A stretch of DNA of 63,600 nt, the filler included, from Lama guanicoe (lineage: Eukaryota), in the NCBI GenBank assembly GCA_013239625.1. It is 135 parts of 135 records of this genome, joined end to end, with 100 filler letters (N's around TTAATTAATTAA, not from the genome) between each part and the next. Parts side by side here need not be neighbours in the genome. Positions count along the whole stretch, not along the records: positions 12,714 to 13,084 come from PNXV01058551.1; positions 13,185 to 13,555 come from PNXV01058552.1; positions 13,656 to 14,026 come from PNXV01058553.1; positions 14,127 to 14,497 come from PNXV01058554.1; positions 14,598 to 14,968 come from PNXV01058555.1; positions 15,069 to 15,439 come from PNXV01058556.1; positions 15,540 to 15,910 come from PNXV01058557.1; positions 16,011 to 16,381 come from PNXV01058558.1; 127 more parts are not named here. One strand, written 5' to 3'. Positions 12,887 to 25,345 of the stretch are shown here, in pieces. Each line of letters opens with the position of its first letter. Position 1 is the first letter of the stretch. The translations under genes and the position numbers were made by a program. The notes beneath the pieces are model-generated. The model had not been told where the DNA came from, searched no databases, and saw only the letters and a list, made by a program, of their open reading frames with translations.

Positions 12887-13084
12887 GATTGCTTTGGCTG
12901 TCTCGGGTCTTTTGTGGCTCCTTATAAATTTTGGAATCGTTTGTTCTAGTTCTGTGAGGAATGTCACAAGTATTTTGATGGGGGTTGCTTTGGATCTGTG
13001 GATTGCTTTGGGCAGTGTGGCAATTTTGATAGTGTTGATTCCTCCAATCCAAGAGCACAAGAAATCTTTCCATTCCTTTGTGTC
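12885..13084 (-). mobile_element. L1 ORF2 fragment (post-RT region)
   Basis: Minus-strand ORF CSWIGGINTIKIATLPKAIHRSKATPIKILVTFLTELEQTIPKFIRSHKRPETAKAI matches ORF2p CSWIGRINIVKMAILPKAIYRFNAIPIK..FFTELE. Confidence 0.9.
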
Positions 13085-16049
13085 NNNNNNNNNNNNNNNN
13101 NNNNNNNNNNNNNNNNNNNNNNNNNNNNTTAATTAATTAANNNNNNNNNNNNNNNNNNNNNNNNNNNNNNNNNNNNNNNNNNNNCTGCCTCCTCCCAGCG
13201 CCTGTCTCAGATCTGCTCCGCGGTGCACGCAGACAGGACCAACTGTTCTTCCTGTTGGCTGCCAAAGGAAGTCAGCAGATGGGAAGGAAAAAGAAATGAA
13301 TTGTGGAAAATAACTAGGAAGAGAGAATGGCGATACAATGGGGGAAAAGCAACAGTTCACTGTGGCCGCCCACTCCAGAGACTGTCTCGGATTTCAGCTG
13401 ACTGAAAGAAAAGGAAATGAAGGAGCACGTGTGGTCAGCCAGCCCCCAAACAGGAGGGCGGTCGAGAGCGCGCTCAGTCCATCCAGCCAACCAGCCTGGC
13501 TGCCAGGACACACAGTTCCGATCTCATGCAAAAGTGTGTTTCAGTAAGACAGCAGNNNNNNNNNNNNNNNNNNNNNNNNNNNNNNNNNNNNNNNNNNNNT
13601 TAATTAATTAANNNNNNNNNNNNNNNNNNNNNNNNNNNNNNNNNNNNNNNNNNNNAAAAAAAAAAAAGCCAGAGAGTGTCAGGATTATATTTTATTCTGT
13701 AAGGCACTAATTTTCAAGTAATCATGTATCTCAGTTCTGGATACATTTTGATACCCAGGCCTGCAAGGCTTTCGTTTTAAAGCAGTTGAAAGGTGACAGT
13801 CAATGTGTATTTAAGAACTGGTGTGGAGGGGACAGCAGTCATTCAGAATGATCGCTGACCACATGGGGAGCAGGCCCAGCTGTGCCAGGTCTTAACTTTC
13901 AGGTTTCTGGAGGGTGTTGGTCTTTGAAGAAAGCCAAGTGCGTGGGAGGCACTCAAAGGACTCAAGACAGCTATTCACAAACTAGGATCAAAGGGTGGAT
14001 ATTCCAACCCATGTAATGGCTAGTCTNNNNNNNNNNNNNNNNNNNNNNNNNNNNNNNNNNNNNNNNNNNNTTAATTAATTAANNNNNNNNNNNNNNNNNN
14101 NNNNNNNNNNNNNNNNNNNNNNNNNNTTTTTTTTAAAAGAATGTAAAGGAAATAATGACTTTTTAATACTTTATCCCCAAAGCACATCTAAAAGCTTTCA
14201 GATTCACACACAAAAGAGCCAGAATTTACTCAGGAAGCAAATCCAAAGAAAAGAGGATTTATAGGAGACCAGCTAATCAAACGGGGAGGTGAATTCCAAA
14301 TTCAGGAAATAAAAAAAGCTTCTTCAATATGTCAGCTCCTCACTTGGAGACCATGCCTTTGAGATAGCCAGTGGCCCTCCTTCAGGTGACTTCAGGCATT
14401 CATTTTTCTTAATAGAAATGGATAAATCAACAGAGAAGTATTTCTGGTTTATACTTAATCCCTGGGTGCTGGCATGCACCCCATGTTTTATAACAATNNN
14501 NNNNNNNNNNNNNNNNNNNNNNNNNNNNNNNNNNNNNNNNNTTAATTAATTAANNNNNNNNNNNNNNNNNNNNNNNNNNNNNNNNNNNNNNNNNNNNCCC
14601 CCCTCGCCTGCGTTTTCCGCTGACGGCTTTGGTTCAGCGCCTTCCGTGGTGCCAGTGCTAAATTGCCCATCACGTCCTTGGGCCCTTAAAAGAAATTAAA
14701 GCTTAAATGTGTACTGAAAAAAGTCCTTAGTTTCATGACGCGTCAGTTGAAAAGTTGTTTTGTTTTTTTAATCTGATAAGAATTTTTCCTAGCCTGAAGA
14801 TGATTGATATCTGGTAACTTTCTATCACGGCTGTCGACTTCCGTGACTTATGTCTCTGTTAGATGAAATGTCAAGTCCTCTTAGTGTAATTGTTTTCCCT
14901 TTTTTAAGTAAGATCCAAATACAAATAATGGAATTGGAATCCTGGGTCCAGATGATAGCTTTTAATCTNNNNNNNNNNNNNNNNNNNNNNNNNNNNNNNN
15001 NNNNNNNNNNNNTTAATTAATTAANNNNNNNNNNNNNNNNNNNNNNNNNNNNNNNNNNNNNNNNNNNNGGGCACCTGTCACTCACCATTGAACCCCTATC
15101 CTAGCTGTCACTTTCAAGAAGCCTTGCTGTTCCCCCAGGCAGGTGCCTCTGGCATCATCATAGCACCCTGGCCCAGTAGCTCTTGTGTATGAGTCGTAAG
15201 TGTGTCTCACCCTCCACCCTCCATTGTAGGGCAGATTTGACAGGCCCCTAGTCACACTGTGGGTCCCCCTTTAAAAGAGGGCTCTCTGCTTCTCAGCTGT
15301 GAGAGGTACAGGTAGCCAATGTCCTCTGGCTGCTTCCGAGTCTAGTCATGTTCCCCCTGGGGCAGCCTCCATCGACGGCGGAGCAAGACGAGATACCAGG
15401 GCATCTCTCCTCCCCCAAGCAATGGTCCCTGGTTCAGCTNNNNNNNNNNNNNNNNNNNNNNNNNNNNNNNNNNNNNNNNNNNNTTAATTAATTAANNNNN
15501 NNNNNNNNNNNNNNNNNNNNNNNNNNNNNNNNNNNNNNNCCAGGTTCCACTCCCCACTTTGGAGTCCGTGGGAGGGAATTCAAGGGCTTCTGGGATGCAT
15601 GCCTCCCCAGCCCTAGTGCTCAGTTTGGCAAAAAAAGAACATTTGCTCCTGCCATGCTTCTTGTGAATCCTGTGTGTGGACTACGTCCAGGGCCAGCAGA
15701 GAAATGAACCCGTTCCCATGGAACTCAAACCAAAACAGAGCGGCTAATCCACAGTGAGAAAGAAGCAACCACACCAACTCAAGAGGCCAACCGTGGTCAA
15801 CTGGAAAATGTGCTGCATGGAACTGGAAGCCTTGGGCAACGGATGGAGCATGCCGGGCAGCTGCACATCAGGCCTTTGGGAGAGGAGCCGTGGGCGGGCG
15901 ACAGGGCTCCNNNNNNNNNNNNNNNNNNNNNNNNNNNNNNNNNNNNNNNNNNNNTTAATTAATTAANNNNNNNNNNNNNNNNNNNNNNNNNNNNNNNNNN
16001 NNNNNNNNNNGTGGGAAGGGGTAAAGAGAATTTGAAACAAACAGGGTGC

Positions 16050-16381
16050 CAGTGACAAGGATTCTCTGCTTGACCAAAGTTTAGTTGGAGTCTGGAACGT
16101 TCTCCTAGGCCCATCTGTGTACTTCCTTGGAAAATCCAGTTTTAGCCAGAATCCTGTTAAGTCAGTATAACACGAACCTCCCACCCTCGATAGCTGATCA
16201 CTTTTATTATCTGATTGAGTTTCTCATCGTCTACTTTGGGATCACCCTGGCCTGTCTTCAGCAAGAATCCTGTTAGGTCAGTTTGGCGAGAGTCCCCCTT
16301 ACAGGGTTTGATGTTTCCTTTTAGTGTTTTCCTATCCATTGACACTCCTACCCTGTTCCCTGGCTGTAAATCCCCACTTAC
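16050..16381. mobile_element. ERV1 LTR (MER34/MER39-like)
   Basis: Internally duplicated 'agaatcctgtta(a/g)gtcagt' and 'gatcaccctggcctgtcttcagcaagaatcc', as seen in MER34-group LTRs. Confidence 0.65.
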
Positions 16382-17184
16382 NNNNNNNNNNNNNNNNNNN
16401 NNNNNNNNNNNNNNNNNNNNNNNNNTTAATTAATTAANNNNNNNNNNNNNNNNNNNNNNNNNNNNNNNNNNNNNNNNNNNNTATAACTTGAAGACCAACT
16501 TTTAGCCTACTCAAAACAAATGTATCTAGACATTCTCCATCAACATCTTTAGCAATTATGATCAAGGGCTTACAGTGAGCATAGGAAAGTTAAGAGCAGA
16601 TATAATAAACTGAATAGAAGAAATTTTCTTTCATTCAACAAAGCATAGGCATCTTGTAATTCACATTTCTGACATTTTGATGTATCAATACAGTATAGAG
16701 AAATATAACCTCAATAAAATTCATGCCCTCAGTAATTTCTAATTCATCATTAAATGTTTTTCCATTCCTTACTGTGACAACACTCTTTCTTCTAACCTTT
16801 TTTATTGCATCAGATATGATGTAGCATTTGTCTCCATTTGCAAAACTCCCAANNNNNNNNNNNNNNNNNNNNNNNNNNNNNNNNNNNNNNNNNNNNTTAA
16901 TTAATTAANNNNNNNNNNNNNNNNNNNNNNNNNNNNNNNNNNNNNNNNNNNNGTAGGGAGGACTTCTTGGTGAAGTAAATGATTTCCAAGCTGAGCTTCA
17001 CAGTTGGGTGGGAGCCATCTGGATGCAGGTGGAGGAAGAAGAGCACCCTAGGCAGGAGGGCAGAGATGCGGCAGCTGTTGGGGGAGACCTTGCGCATCTG
17101 AGCCCCTGGGGACCCCCCACGGACCTAGAATGCGGGGAGTACAAGGCATGGGGTGTTCGTGCAGAACACTGTCGATTGTCAGTG

Positions 17185-17323
17185 TGGGAAATTCCCCCCT
17201 CCCCGTCTTGATTTCTTCTGGCTATGCTAATAATAAAATTGACACAAGACAGATTAACAAGAGAAAAAGAAACCAAATTTAATTAACACACATGGAGGTC
17301 TCATAGAAATGGGACCTAAGAAG
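17185..17323. mobile_element. Probable ERV LTR fragment
   Basis: 'ctaataataaaattgacacaagacagattaacaagagaaaaagaaaccaaatttaatt..catggaggtctcatagaaat' resembles laurasiatherian ERV1 LTRs. Confidence 0.5.
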
Positions 17324-18227
17324 NNNNNNNNNNNNNNNNNNNNNNNNNNNNNNNNNNNNNNNNNNNNTTAATTAATTAANNNNNNNNNNNNNNNNNNNNN
17401 NNNNNNNNNNNNNNNNNNNNNNNCTTAGACTAAATAGTTGTTAATTAACATAGACTAGGTTCTGCCTATTTACTGACTTACTTAAGCAGCAAGAATTAAA
17501 TATTGGCTTTTCTAAAAATGGAACTACTGAGATTGAGATATGAGGAATGTGAAGTGTAAGACTAATAGTTCATGGTGAACAGTAGAACAAAACTGCAGCT
17601 TCTGTCAATAACTCTATTTATCAAACTTAATATTCTTTTAGCTGCATGTTCTTTGATGATGGTGAGGTGACCAATGCATTATTTTTCAAAAAAATTTAAG
17701 CGTGTTTACTAATTGTGTCAGCATTATGTAGGACACCTTGCATTTTATCTCCTTAGCTTGTTATAAACGACCACAATTAAAACACTTTTTACATNNNNNN
17801 NNNNNNNNNNNNNNNNNNNNNNNNNNNNNNNNNNNNNNTTAATTAATTAANNNNNNNNNNNNNNNNNNNNNNNNNNNNNNNNNNNNNNNNNNNNACACAC
17901 ACACACATATATATAGTGTACTTTTAAAAGAAAATAACTACATTGTAAAGGTGTTGATTGCAAGATGGTAAAATGGAAACTAATTTTTATTAACTGAGTC
18001 ATTGACTTGACTTCAGTCCTTTCCATCCCTTCCGAGTCTAATGCACAAATAGAGAAAGAGTTAAAAGCATCAATGTATAAGCAGATAAACGTATGCGTGG
18101 TTTAAATGATTCTCTGTGTTTCTTTACTGATCGTGGCCCATCAGTTTCAAAGCTCTCTCAGCCTTACTGTTTCTCTCACTGCTGGAGTATCCGCCCGGGA
18201 CAGGGACTCAGGCTTGGGTGGGCGCCT

Positions 18228-18245
18228 GCAGCACCCTAGTGGCCA
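18228..18245 (-). promoter_or_regulatory. Candidate CTCF site
   Basis: Minus strand TGGCCACTAGGGTGCTGC resembles the CTCF core CCAC(C/T)AGGGGGC with one core mismatch. Confidence 0.3.
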
Positions 18246-20254
18246 TTCTTGGTAAGTGCAGAAACANNNNNNNNNNNNNNNNNNNNNNNNNNNNNNNNNN
18301 NNNNNNNNNNTTAATTAATTAANNNNNNNNNNNNNNNNNNNNNNNNNNNNNNNNNNNNNNNNNNNNTTAAATTGCCAAACTAGATCCTAAATAGAATTTC
18401 TAATGCTTCTACTTTTCTTTAAATAATTACCTTATCACTTAAAAATTTATATCTCACATAATTGATTCACATAAATCATTTTCTTTTTATCTGAGATGAA
18501 CAATCGAATTCTTTCAGCATTTTGATGCAAAGTGGCTCCCATGAAATAAATTTAATCATTGGAAAAGTAAAATTACAAAATATTTAAGAAAGCAAATAGG
18601 GTTTCTTTCAAGTATTCCTAGGAATCATTAAAAAAAATATTCATTTGCTAACCAGTTAGTCAACAAAATTTATTTAATCATCATTTTGATTAGAGTTCTC
18701 TAAAGATGATAGAGAATGAACATACTTTGAAGATATGANNNNNNNNNNNNNNNNNNNNNNNNNNNNNNNNNNNNNNNNNNNNTTAATTAATTAANNNNNN
18801 NNNNNNNNNNNNNNNNNNNNNNNNNNNNNNNNNNNNNNAAAAAAAAGCTTAAATGAGCCGCCTGTGATTTAAAGAGCATACATATTGACATTTTTAAATG
18901 AATTTCTTATAATTTAAATGTCTCAGTTTTGCATTAATTACCAAATAATTATTTTAGCACTTTTCGTATTAGTCATTAATATAGAGTTGTAAGTTAATCA
19001 TTTAATTCTCCCTGTGACCAGTTACTCATTACAGTACAGAATATCAGTAATGGTCCTAAATCTTTGTAAAAGGAAATGCTTAAAGAATGTTTTCATCTAA
19101 AAGGAGGCATGAGAAGTGACAAGTTCACTTGCTTTAAGTGCATGAATTTTAGAATATTCCTGTTTCTGATGAGTGTTTTGCCTAATTAGTAACAAAGTGC
19201 TAAAATGTGANNNNNNNNNNNNNNNNNNNNNNNNNNNNNNNNNNNNNNNNNNNNTTAATTAATTAANNNNNNNNNNNNNNNNNNNNNNNNNNNNNNNNNN
19301 NNNNNNNNNNGCAGGACCTGATAAAATCTTCATATGTGCTCACAAACAGATCTATTACATCATACATGCAAAAGAATGCACCAGACAATACAGTTATGGC
19401 CAGCTCGATTACAGAATTCCCTTAGAATAATAACTAAAAGAATAAAATGAAACTAAAAGCAGCAAGTATAATGTAATGTTCCCCATAAGCATTTAGTAGA
19501 TACTCATTAACAGACTATGAGACAAAGAAGATACCAAAATGTGACTCGAGTCTGCACCTTCACAGACATGCAGTCACTAACAAACCACAGGTACTTACGA
19601 TGCCAGGCTTAATCAGCTCCTGCAGCAGGTGATGGAGACTTGAATTGGAGATAGTGTCATTTAAAAGGGAATTTTTTTTTTTNNNNNNNNNNNNNNNNNN
19701 NNNNNNNNNNNNNNNNNNNNNNNNNNTTAATTAATTAANNNNNNNNNNNNNNNNNNNNNNNNNNNNNNNNNNNNNNNNNNNNGTATTAACCTACTGGTAA
19801 CTCTGGATCTGAGGCTCCATGAGTCCTATTATTTGGACAGCTGGAGAAGGCAGGTCAAACAGGATGAGAAGCCTGTGTAGGGAGAATGTCTGCATGACTT
19901 TTTGTAATAGAGAAGGAAGTTAGCCGCTACAGAGTCTTTGTTCTGGGCACTTTACATCTCCTAAACCACTAAAAGATAAAGCAAAATAGCCAGAGGCTTT
20001 CTACTACTAAATTATATGCCAATTTGTAGAGCACAGGCCAAGATCTAGCAATAAAATAAAGCCCAGGGGCTTCAAACTCAGTAATGAAGTCAAACCTTAT
20101 GAACAGAAGTAGAATAAAAGGCAGTGTTGGCTTCTTATTTAATACTGTTTAAAANNNNNNNNNNNNNNNNNNNNNNNNNNNNNNNNNNNNNNNNNNNNTT
20201 AATTAATTAANNNNNNNNNNNNNNNNNNNNNNNNNNNNNNNNNNNNNNNNNNNN

Positions 20255-20626
20255 GTGAGTGCACGTGCTGAAGCTGTCAAGGCTCTCAGAAAGCCCAAGG
20301 AGGTCAAGCCTAAGATCCCACAGGGCGGCAGCTGCGAGCTCAGCTGACTTGCCTGCATTGCTCACCCCAAGCTCGGGAAACGTGCTCGTGCCCGCGTCGC
20401 CAAGGGTCTCAGGCTCTGAGGGCCAAAGGCCAAGGACAAGGCTCAGACCAAGGCCACAGCCGCAGCTCCAGCTCAGACTCAGTCTCTCAAAGGCGCACAG
20501 GCCGCCATAAAGGCTCCACAGTAGAGGCTTCCATCTATTGATGTGAGGATAGAAGGACTAGTGTGACCCCTGGGCTACTGTCTGCATGGGGCTCATGTCT
20601 ACCTGTGCTGTTTGTACAAATAAACC
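20255..20626 (+). pseudogene. RPL29: 60S ribosomal protein L29 pseudogene (C-terminal CDS plus 3' UTR), probably processed
   Basis: The frame from 20255 reads VSARAEAVKALRKPKEVKPKIPQGGSCELS*LACIAHPKLGKRARARVAKGLRL*GPKAKDKAQTKA..KAPQ*. Premature TGA at 20345 and 20417, native stop at 20522-20524, AATAAA at 20619-20624. Confidence 0.95.
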
Positions 20627-21486
20627 NNNNNNNNNNNNNNNNNNNNNNNNNNNNNNNNNNNNNNNNNNNNTTAATTAATTAANNNNNNNNNNNNNNNNNN
20701 NNNNNNNNNNNNNNNNNNNNNNNNNNAATACTGAGCACTGACTCTAGATGTATGTGTTCCAGGCAATATGTTTCTGAAGACAGAAAATGAAACAAGTAGA
20801 TGAGCAGAGAGAAGAAGTCTCAACTTCAGCAGCGTTGTTAATTTGTATCTGTTTTACACAGATGGTCTGGTGCACTTCAGCTGTAATACACAAGTACATT
20901 TCCTCCAATGCTTCAATCAGGGTCCTATACACATAGTTTCAGTTAAGTCAGAAGTGACGATCACAATGTAAATGCCAATGTGGATGGAGTTAGGAAGAAA
21001 GAACAGGTTAACTTGAAAGACAACAGGGAAGAAACATCAAGACCTTTACTATGCCTGTCCCGGCTCCAGCCTGCTCACCCCCACTGCCTGAGCACAGGNN
21101 NNNNNNNNNNNNNNNNNNNNNNNNNNNNNNNNNNNNNNNNNNTTAATTAATTAANNNNNNNNNNNNNNNNNNNNNNNNNNNNNNNNNNNNNNNNNNNNTT
21201 TAGTGACCAAACATGGGCAACCAGGCCCCAGCCTCTTCGTGGACAAATGGCTGAGGGCATAGGGTACATGTTTACCACAGAATATGGGGCAAAGTCTAGA
21301 GGAAATGAGCTGAGTCTAAATTAACCGACTCAGAGGGATTTCCAGGATGTATCATGAAAAAGAAAGGCAAGGTGTGGAGAGGTGTATACAGCAAAGTCTC
21401 AGTTTCTGTGAAATCAACTATGCTCCCAACTCCTTCTTATCTGAATGAATAAGACATGCCAAGGAGGGAGCCTGAGGAGGCCAGTT

Positions 21487-21570
21487 CAACCAAACCAAAC
21501 CAAACCAAACCAGACCAAACAAGACCAGACTAGATCATATGAGAGTAGACTAGACTAAACTAAACTAAAC
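21487..21570. repeat. Compound pentanucleotide repeat AAACC > AGACC > AGACT > AAACT
   Basis: caaccaaaccaaaccaaaccaaaccagaccaaacaagaccagactagatcatatgagagtagactagactaaactaaactaaac. Confidence 0.85.
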
Positions 21571-21719
21571 NNNNNNNNNNNNNNNNNNNNNNNNNNNNNN
21601 NNNNNNNNNNNNNNTTAATTAATTAANNNNNNNNNNNNNNNNNNNNNNNNNNNNNNNNNNNNNNNNNNNNTGTCCTATTTATTGGTCATACACAATATAC
21701 CAAGTATTTTGGAGGTCAC

Positions 21720-21990
21720 TCTGGGGCAGTGATAAGCCGAATACACACGACCCTTGTCCTCATGGAGTTTGAAGCACAGAGAGACAGAGAGTGAGACAGA
21801 AAGATCAGATAATCACACAAATTCATTAGTGTGCCTTAATTCTGCAAGGGGTGGCTACTAACTGTTGATTACTAAGTGTAAATTCTGGGGATACAGTAGT
21901 GAACAAGAGACACAATATCCTATTCTCAAGGGACTCACATTTTAATGGGATAGGTAGAAAATATATACATTTGGTAGGGAATAAATAAGT
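21720..21990 (-). mobile_element. L2 3' fragments
   Basis: 'cccttgtcctcatggagttt' and 'ggggatacagtagtgaacaagagaca..ctctcaagggactcacatttt'. Confidence 0.6.
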
Positions 21991-22142
21991 ACTGTAAAGA
22001 AACTGAATCAAAATTAGAGGAAAGAGAAGATAGGGGAGGGCANNNNNNNNNNNNNNNNNNNNNNNNNNNNNNNNNNNNNNNNNNNNTTAATTAATTAANN
22101 NNNNNNNNNNNNNNNNNNNNNNNNNNNNNNNNNNNNNNNNNN

Positions 22143-22343
22143 CCTGTTTCTGCTTCAAGAGAGATGCAGCAAGGAGATGGCTAGCTGTGAACTGAGAAGT
22201 GGGCATGCACCGCACACCAGTTCTACCCGTACCTTGATCTTAGACTTTCCAGGTCTTAGACTTTTCCAGAACTGTGGAAAAATAAACGTTTGTCACCCAG
22301 TCTATGGTATTTTTGTTTCTAGCAGCCCGAAGGTACTGGGACA
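22143..22343 (+). mobile_element. MaLR LTR 3' end (MLT1A-like)
   Basis: 'accttgatcttagactttcca..ccagaactgtggaaaaataaacg..cacccagtctatggtatttttgtttctagcagccc'. Confidence 0.8.
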
Positions 22344-22829
22344 TGACCCCCATGTCTTTTGCGTATCTAACCTTTAGTGCCTGCTGCTTGGTGGGCCCAA
22401 GCTAATGCACGTGATGTTTAAATAACAGAAATAATTACAACAAAAAGTGAAACTGAAGCAAGTAAGCTGAGGGACACCACTGTCTCACTGTAGACAACTA
22501 GTCCCAGCGAGCCCNNNNNNNNNNNNNNNNNNNNNNNNNNNNNNNNNNNNNNNNNNNNTTAATTAATTAANNNNNNNNNNNNNNNNNNNNNNNNNNNNNN
22601 NNNNNNNNNNNNNNACGATCCCCAGGTTCCCTCCGGAAAGCCGCCTGCTGCTTCCCGCCGCTGACAGCTGCGGTCTTCTGTCGTGTTCGTGCCCTGGGTC
22701 CGTGCTCATCCCCTAATGAAAATAATTGGCCTCCGCTCTCGGACCAGCCCCTCCACGCTCTCGTCACCCTGGCGGCTGCTGCCCTTTATTTGAGCACACG
22801 GGAGGAGAAGTTTCCTTAGGCTCCAGCCG

Positions 22830-22839
22830 CCAAATAAGG
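22830..22839. promoter_or_regulatory. Perfect CArG box (SRF site) in a CpG-rich contig
   Basis: CCAAATAAGG fits CC(A/T)6GG; a near-CArG CCTTTATTTG lies at about 22782. Confidence 0.3.
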
Positions 22840-24030
22840 ACTTTAAAAGTCAGCCCACAGAGCCAGGCTCGGGCGTGGAGCTTAATAACCAAATCTCTCC
22901 GATGCCACGAGGCCCCATCAGGGACAGCACATTTCTCTATCTGGTGGGATTAGTCCCGGTAAAAGGATTTTCCATGATGGTGTCAGNNNNNNNNNNNNNN
23001 NNNNNNNNNNNNNNNNNNNNNNNNNNNNNNTTAATTAATTAANNNNNNNNNNNNNNNNNNNNNNNNNNNNNNNNNNNNNNNNNNNNGTAACTTAGAACCC
23101 TGCATATTCTGAGTTTTCTCAGACTACCCAACTCCAATCCAGGTTAAAAAGTGAACATTAATCATTCATGTTTAGCTAGTTCTTGTTAATCTTAATACCA
23201 AATAACCAACCTTCTGTAATGTCTTATCCAATTAGAGTTCCCAGGCTATTTCTCATATACATTTACAATATAAAATATCTTCAAATATGGACTCCCCACT
23301 TGCCCCAAAGGAGATGGGGTGAGGCTTCTGTAAAAACTCCTCTGGTTGCTGGATCATCTTTTCTTGAAGGTTCATTGTACCCCTGCAACATATCCTAGTA
23401 TACATATGAACTTGCTGGCATACCTGCACTCAAATAAAACGTATAGATAGGTAGGTAGNNNNNNNNNNNNNNNNNNNNNNNNNNNNNNNNNNNNNNNNNN
23501 NNTTAATTAATTAANNNNNNNNNNNNNNNNNNNNNNNNNNNNNNNNNNNNNNNNNNNNACACATACATACACGCTTCTCTGACTTTACTTCTAAGCAAGG
23601 ATTTAATAGCTGGGAGCTGAGTTAACGCTGCCTATTCCCTAGACTTCATCACCTTTCCAAAATATATCGCACACATGGTACAATGTCCTATGGTCTTATT
23701 ACCGATGATTAAAAAGAAGAGATTTGTTAAAATAAATGAGCCCGCTGCATCTGATCTTTCCCTGGTTTGGGTCCCTCACTTCCCACTCCTCACCACACCC
23801 TGCAGCTTTAGTCATTTGCCTGCCACGCCTCTGGCTTAGCTGCGCTCCCTGACAGGGCAGAGAGCTCTTCACAAATTGCCCTTTCAAGCTAACATCACCA
23901 GAAAATCCAGCCATCCACACCCCACCCTCCNNNNNNNNNNNNNNNNNNNNNNNNNNNNNNNNNNNNNNNNNNNNTTAATTAATTAANNNNNNNNNNNNNN
24001 NNNNNNNNNNNNNNNNNNNNNNNNNNNNNN

Positions 24031-24401
24031 TATATTCAATATCTTGTAATAACCTTTAATGAAAAAGAATATGAAAACCCCTTGGTGGGTTTGGTGGTCA
24101 GCTAATGACTGGACAGAGATTTCCTTTAGTGCCGGAACCACTAAGTCTCCCTACCTTTTCTACGAAACTACTGTGCATGCTGGGGGTCTGCCCTCAATAC
24201 CCCAGCAAGCAACTTTCACCTCTGCCTCAGGCTTTACCTCCTGCTCTCCCAGAGCCTCACAGTCAGTCAGCGGTTAAGGCCAGTGCAGATCTTTCCTAGG
24301 CACATGTACAACTCCGCACAGGCATGAGGCCTTCTAGAATTCTAGGAATACACTTTTCCAAGCCCTTGTGAATATCTTATTCCCCAGTTTTTCCTTTTGA
24401 G
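24031..24401. mobile_element. Short L1 3' piece (+) followed by an old L1M 5'-region fragment (-)
   Basis: 'tatattcaatatcttgtaataacctttaatgaaaaagaatatg', then 'gccttctagaattctaggaata..ttccaagccc..ttattccccagtttttcctttt'. Confidence 0.55.
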
Positions 24402-24547
24402 NNNNNNNNNNNNNNNNNNNNNNNNNNNNNNNNNNNNNNNNNNNNTTAATTAATTAANNNNNNNNNNNNNNNNNNNNNNNNNNNNNNNNNNNNNNNNNNN
24501 NAAAAAAAAAAGAAAAAAAGAAAAAGAAAAAGCAGGGGTGGGTCAGT

Positions 24548-24650
24548 GGGGCAGGACATAACCCAGCGGTAGAGTGTGTGCTCGGCGTGCATGAGGTCCT
24601 GGGTTCAATCCTCTGAATTAAGGGAAAATAGTAAAATAAAATAAAATAGA
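24548..24650 (+). mobile_element. Camelid tRNA-derived SINE (Vic-1-like)
   Basis: A-box-like 'taacccagcggtagag', body 'gtgctcggcgtgcatgaggtcct', B box GGTTCAATCC (24602-24611) and an (AAAAT)n tail. Confidence 0.8.
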
Positions 24651-24973
24651 ATACTCTTAAAAAAAAGAAAAATACGTAAGACAAAGTATTCAAGAATTCC
24701 ATTCATTTTCCTTCCTTCTTGTCTTACTCTCTACATTGCTTTAAAAACATAGATAAGAAATGTAAAAACGGAACATTAATAATATAAAATAAATATTGAT
24801 TATTACTATATGTTTCTTACAAACAGAAAATAGGAAATTCAAGAGGTTGAGAAACTGGCTTAAATTCACATAGNNNNNNNNNNNNNNNNNNNNNNNNNNN
24901 NNNNNNNNNNNNNNNNNTTAATTAATTAANNNNNNNNNNNNNNNNNNNNNNNNNNNNNNNNNNNNNNNNNNNN

Positions 24974-25345
24974 TAAAATCTGGGACAAGACAAGGATGCA
25001 CACTATCTCCACTCCAACTCAAATGAGTCTTGGAAGTCCTAGCTACAGCAATGAAACAGGAGAGAGAAGTAAAAGGGAAGCAAATTGGAAGGAAGAGGTA
25101 AAAGTCTTACTATATGCAGTTAATGCGATACTATATATAGAAAACCCTGCAAGTTCCAGAAAAAAACTACAAAAGCTGATCAAAGAAGTCAGCAAGGTAG
25201 CAGGTTATAAGATTAAAATTAAAAAATCAGTGATATTTCTTTACGCTAACAATTCAGATAATACTGTAGAGGTACAGTCAACATGACAGCACTGAATCAG
25301 TAGGAAAACATACATATAGGCCAATGGAACAGAATAGAGAGCCCA
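24974..25345 (+). mobile_element. L1 ORF2 reverse-transcriptase core, degenerate
   Basis: KSGTRQGCTLSP motif; LLYAVNAILYIENP is a decayed LFADDMILYIENP; KVAGYKI; internal deletions. Confidence 0.92.

Noticed and set aside
20744..20932. ORF with a faint death-domain-like phrase (TLIEALEEMYLC)
   Set aside because: The similarity is short, there is an in-frame stop just upstream and no convincing exon structure.
24548..24615. tRNA gene (A and B boxes)
   Set aside because: No complete cloverleaf or acceptor stem, and an A-rich tail follows; it is a tRNA-derived SINE.
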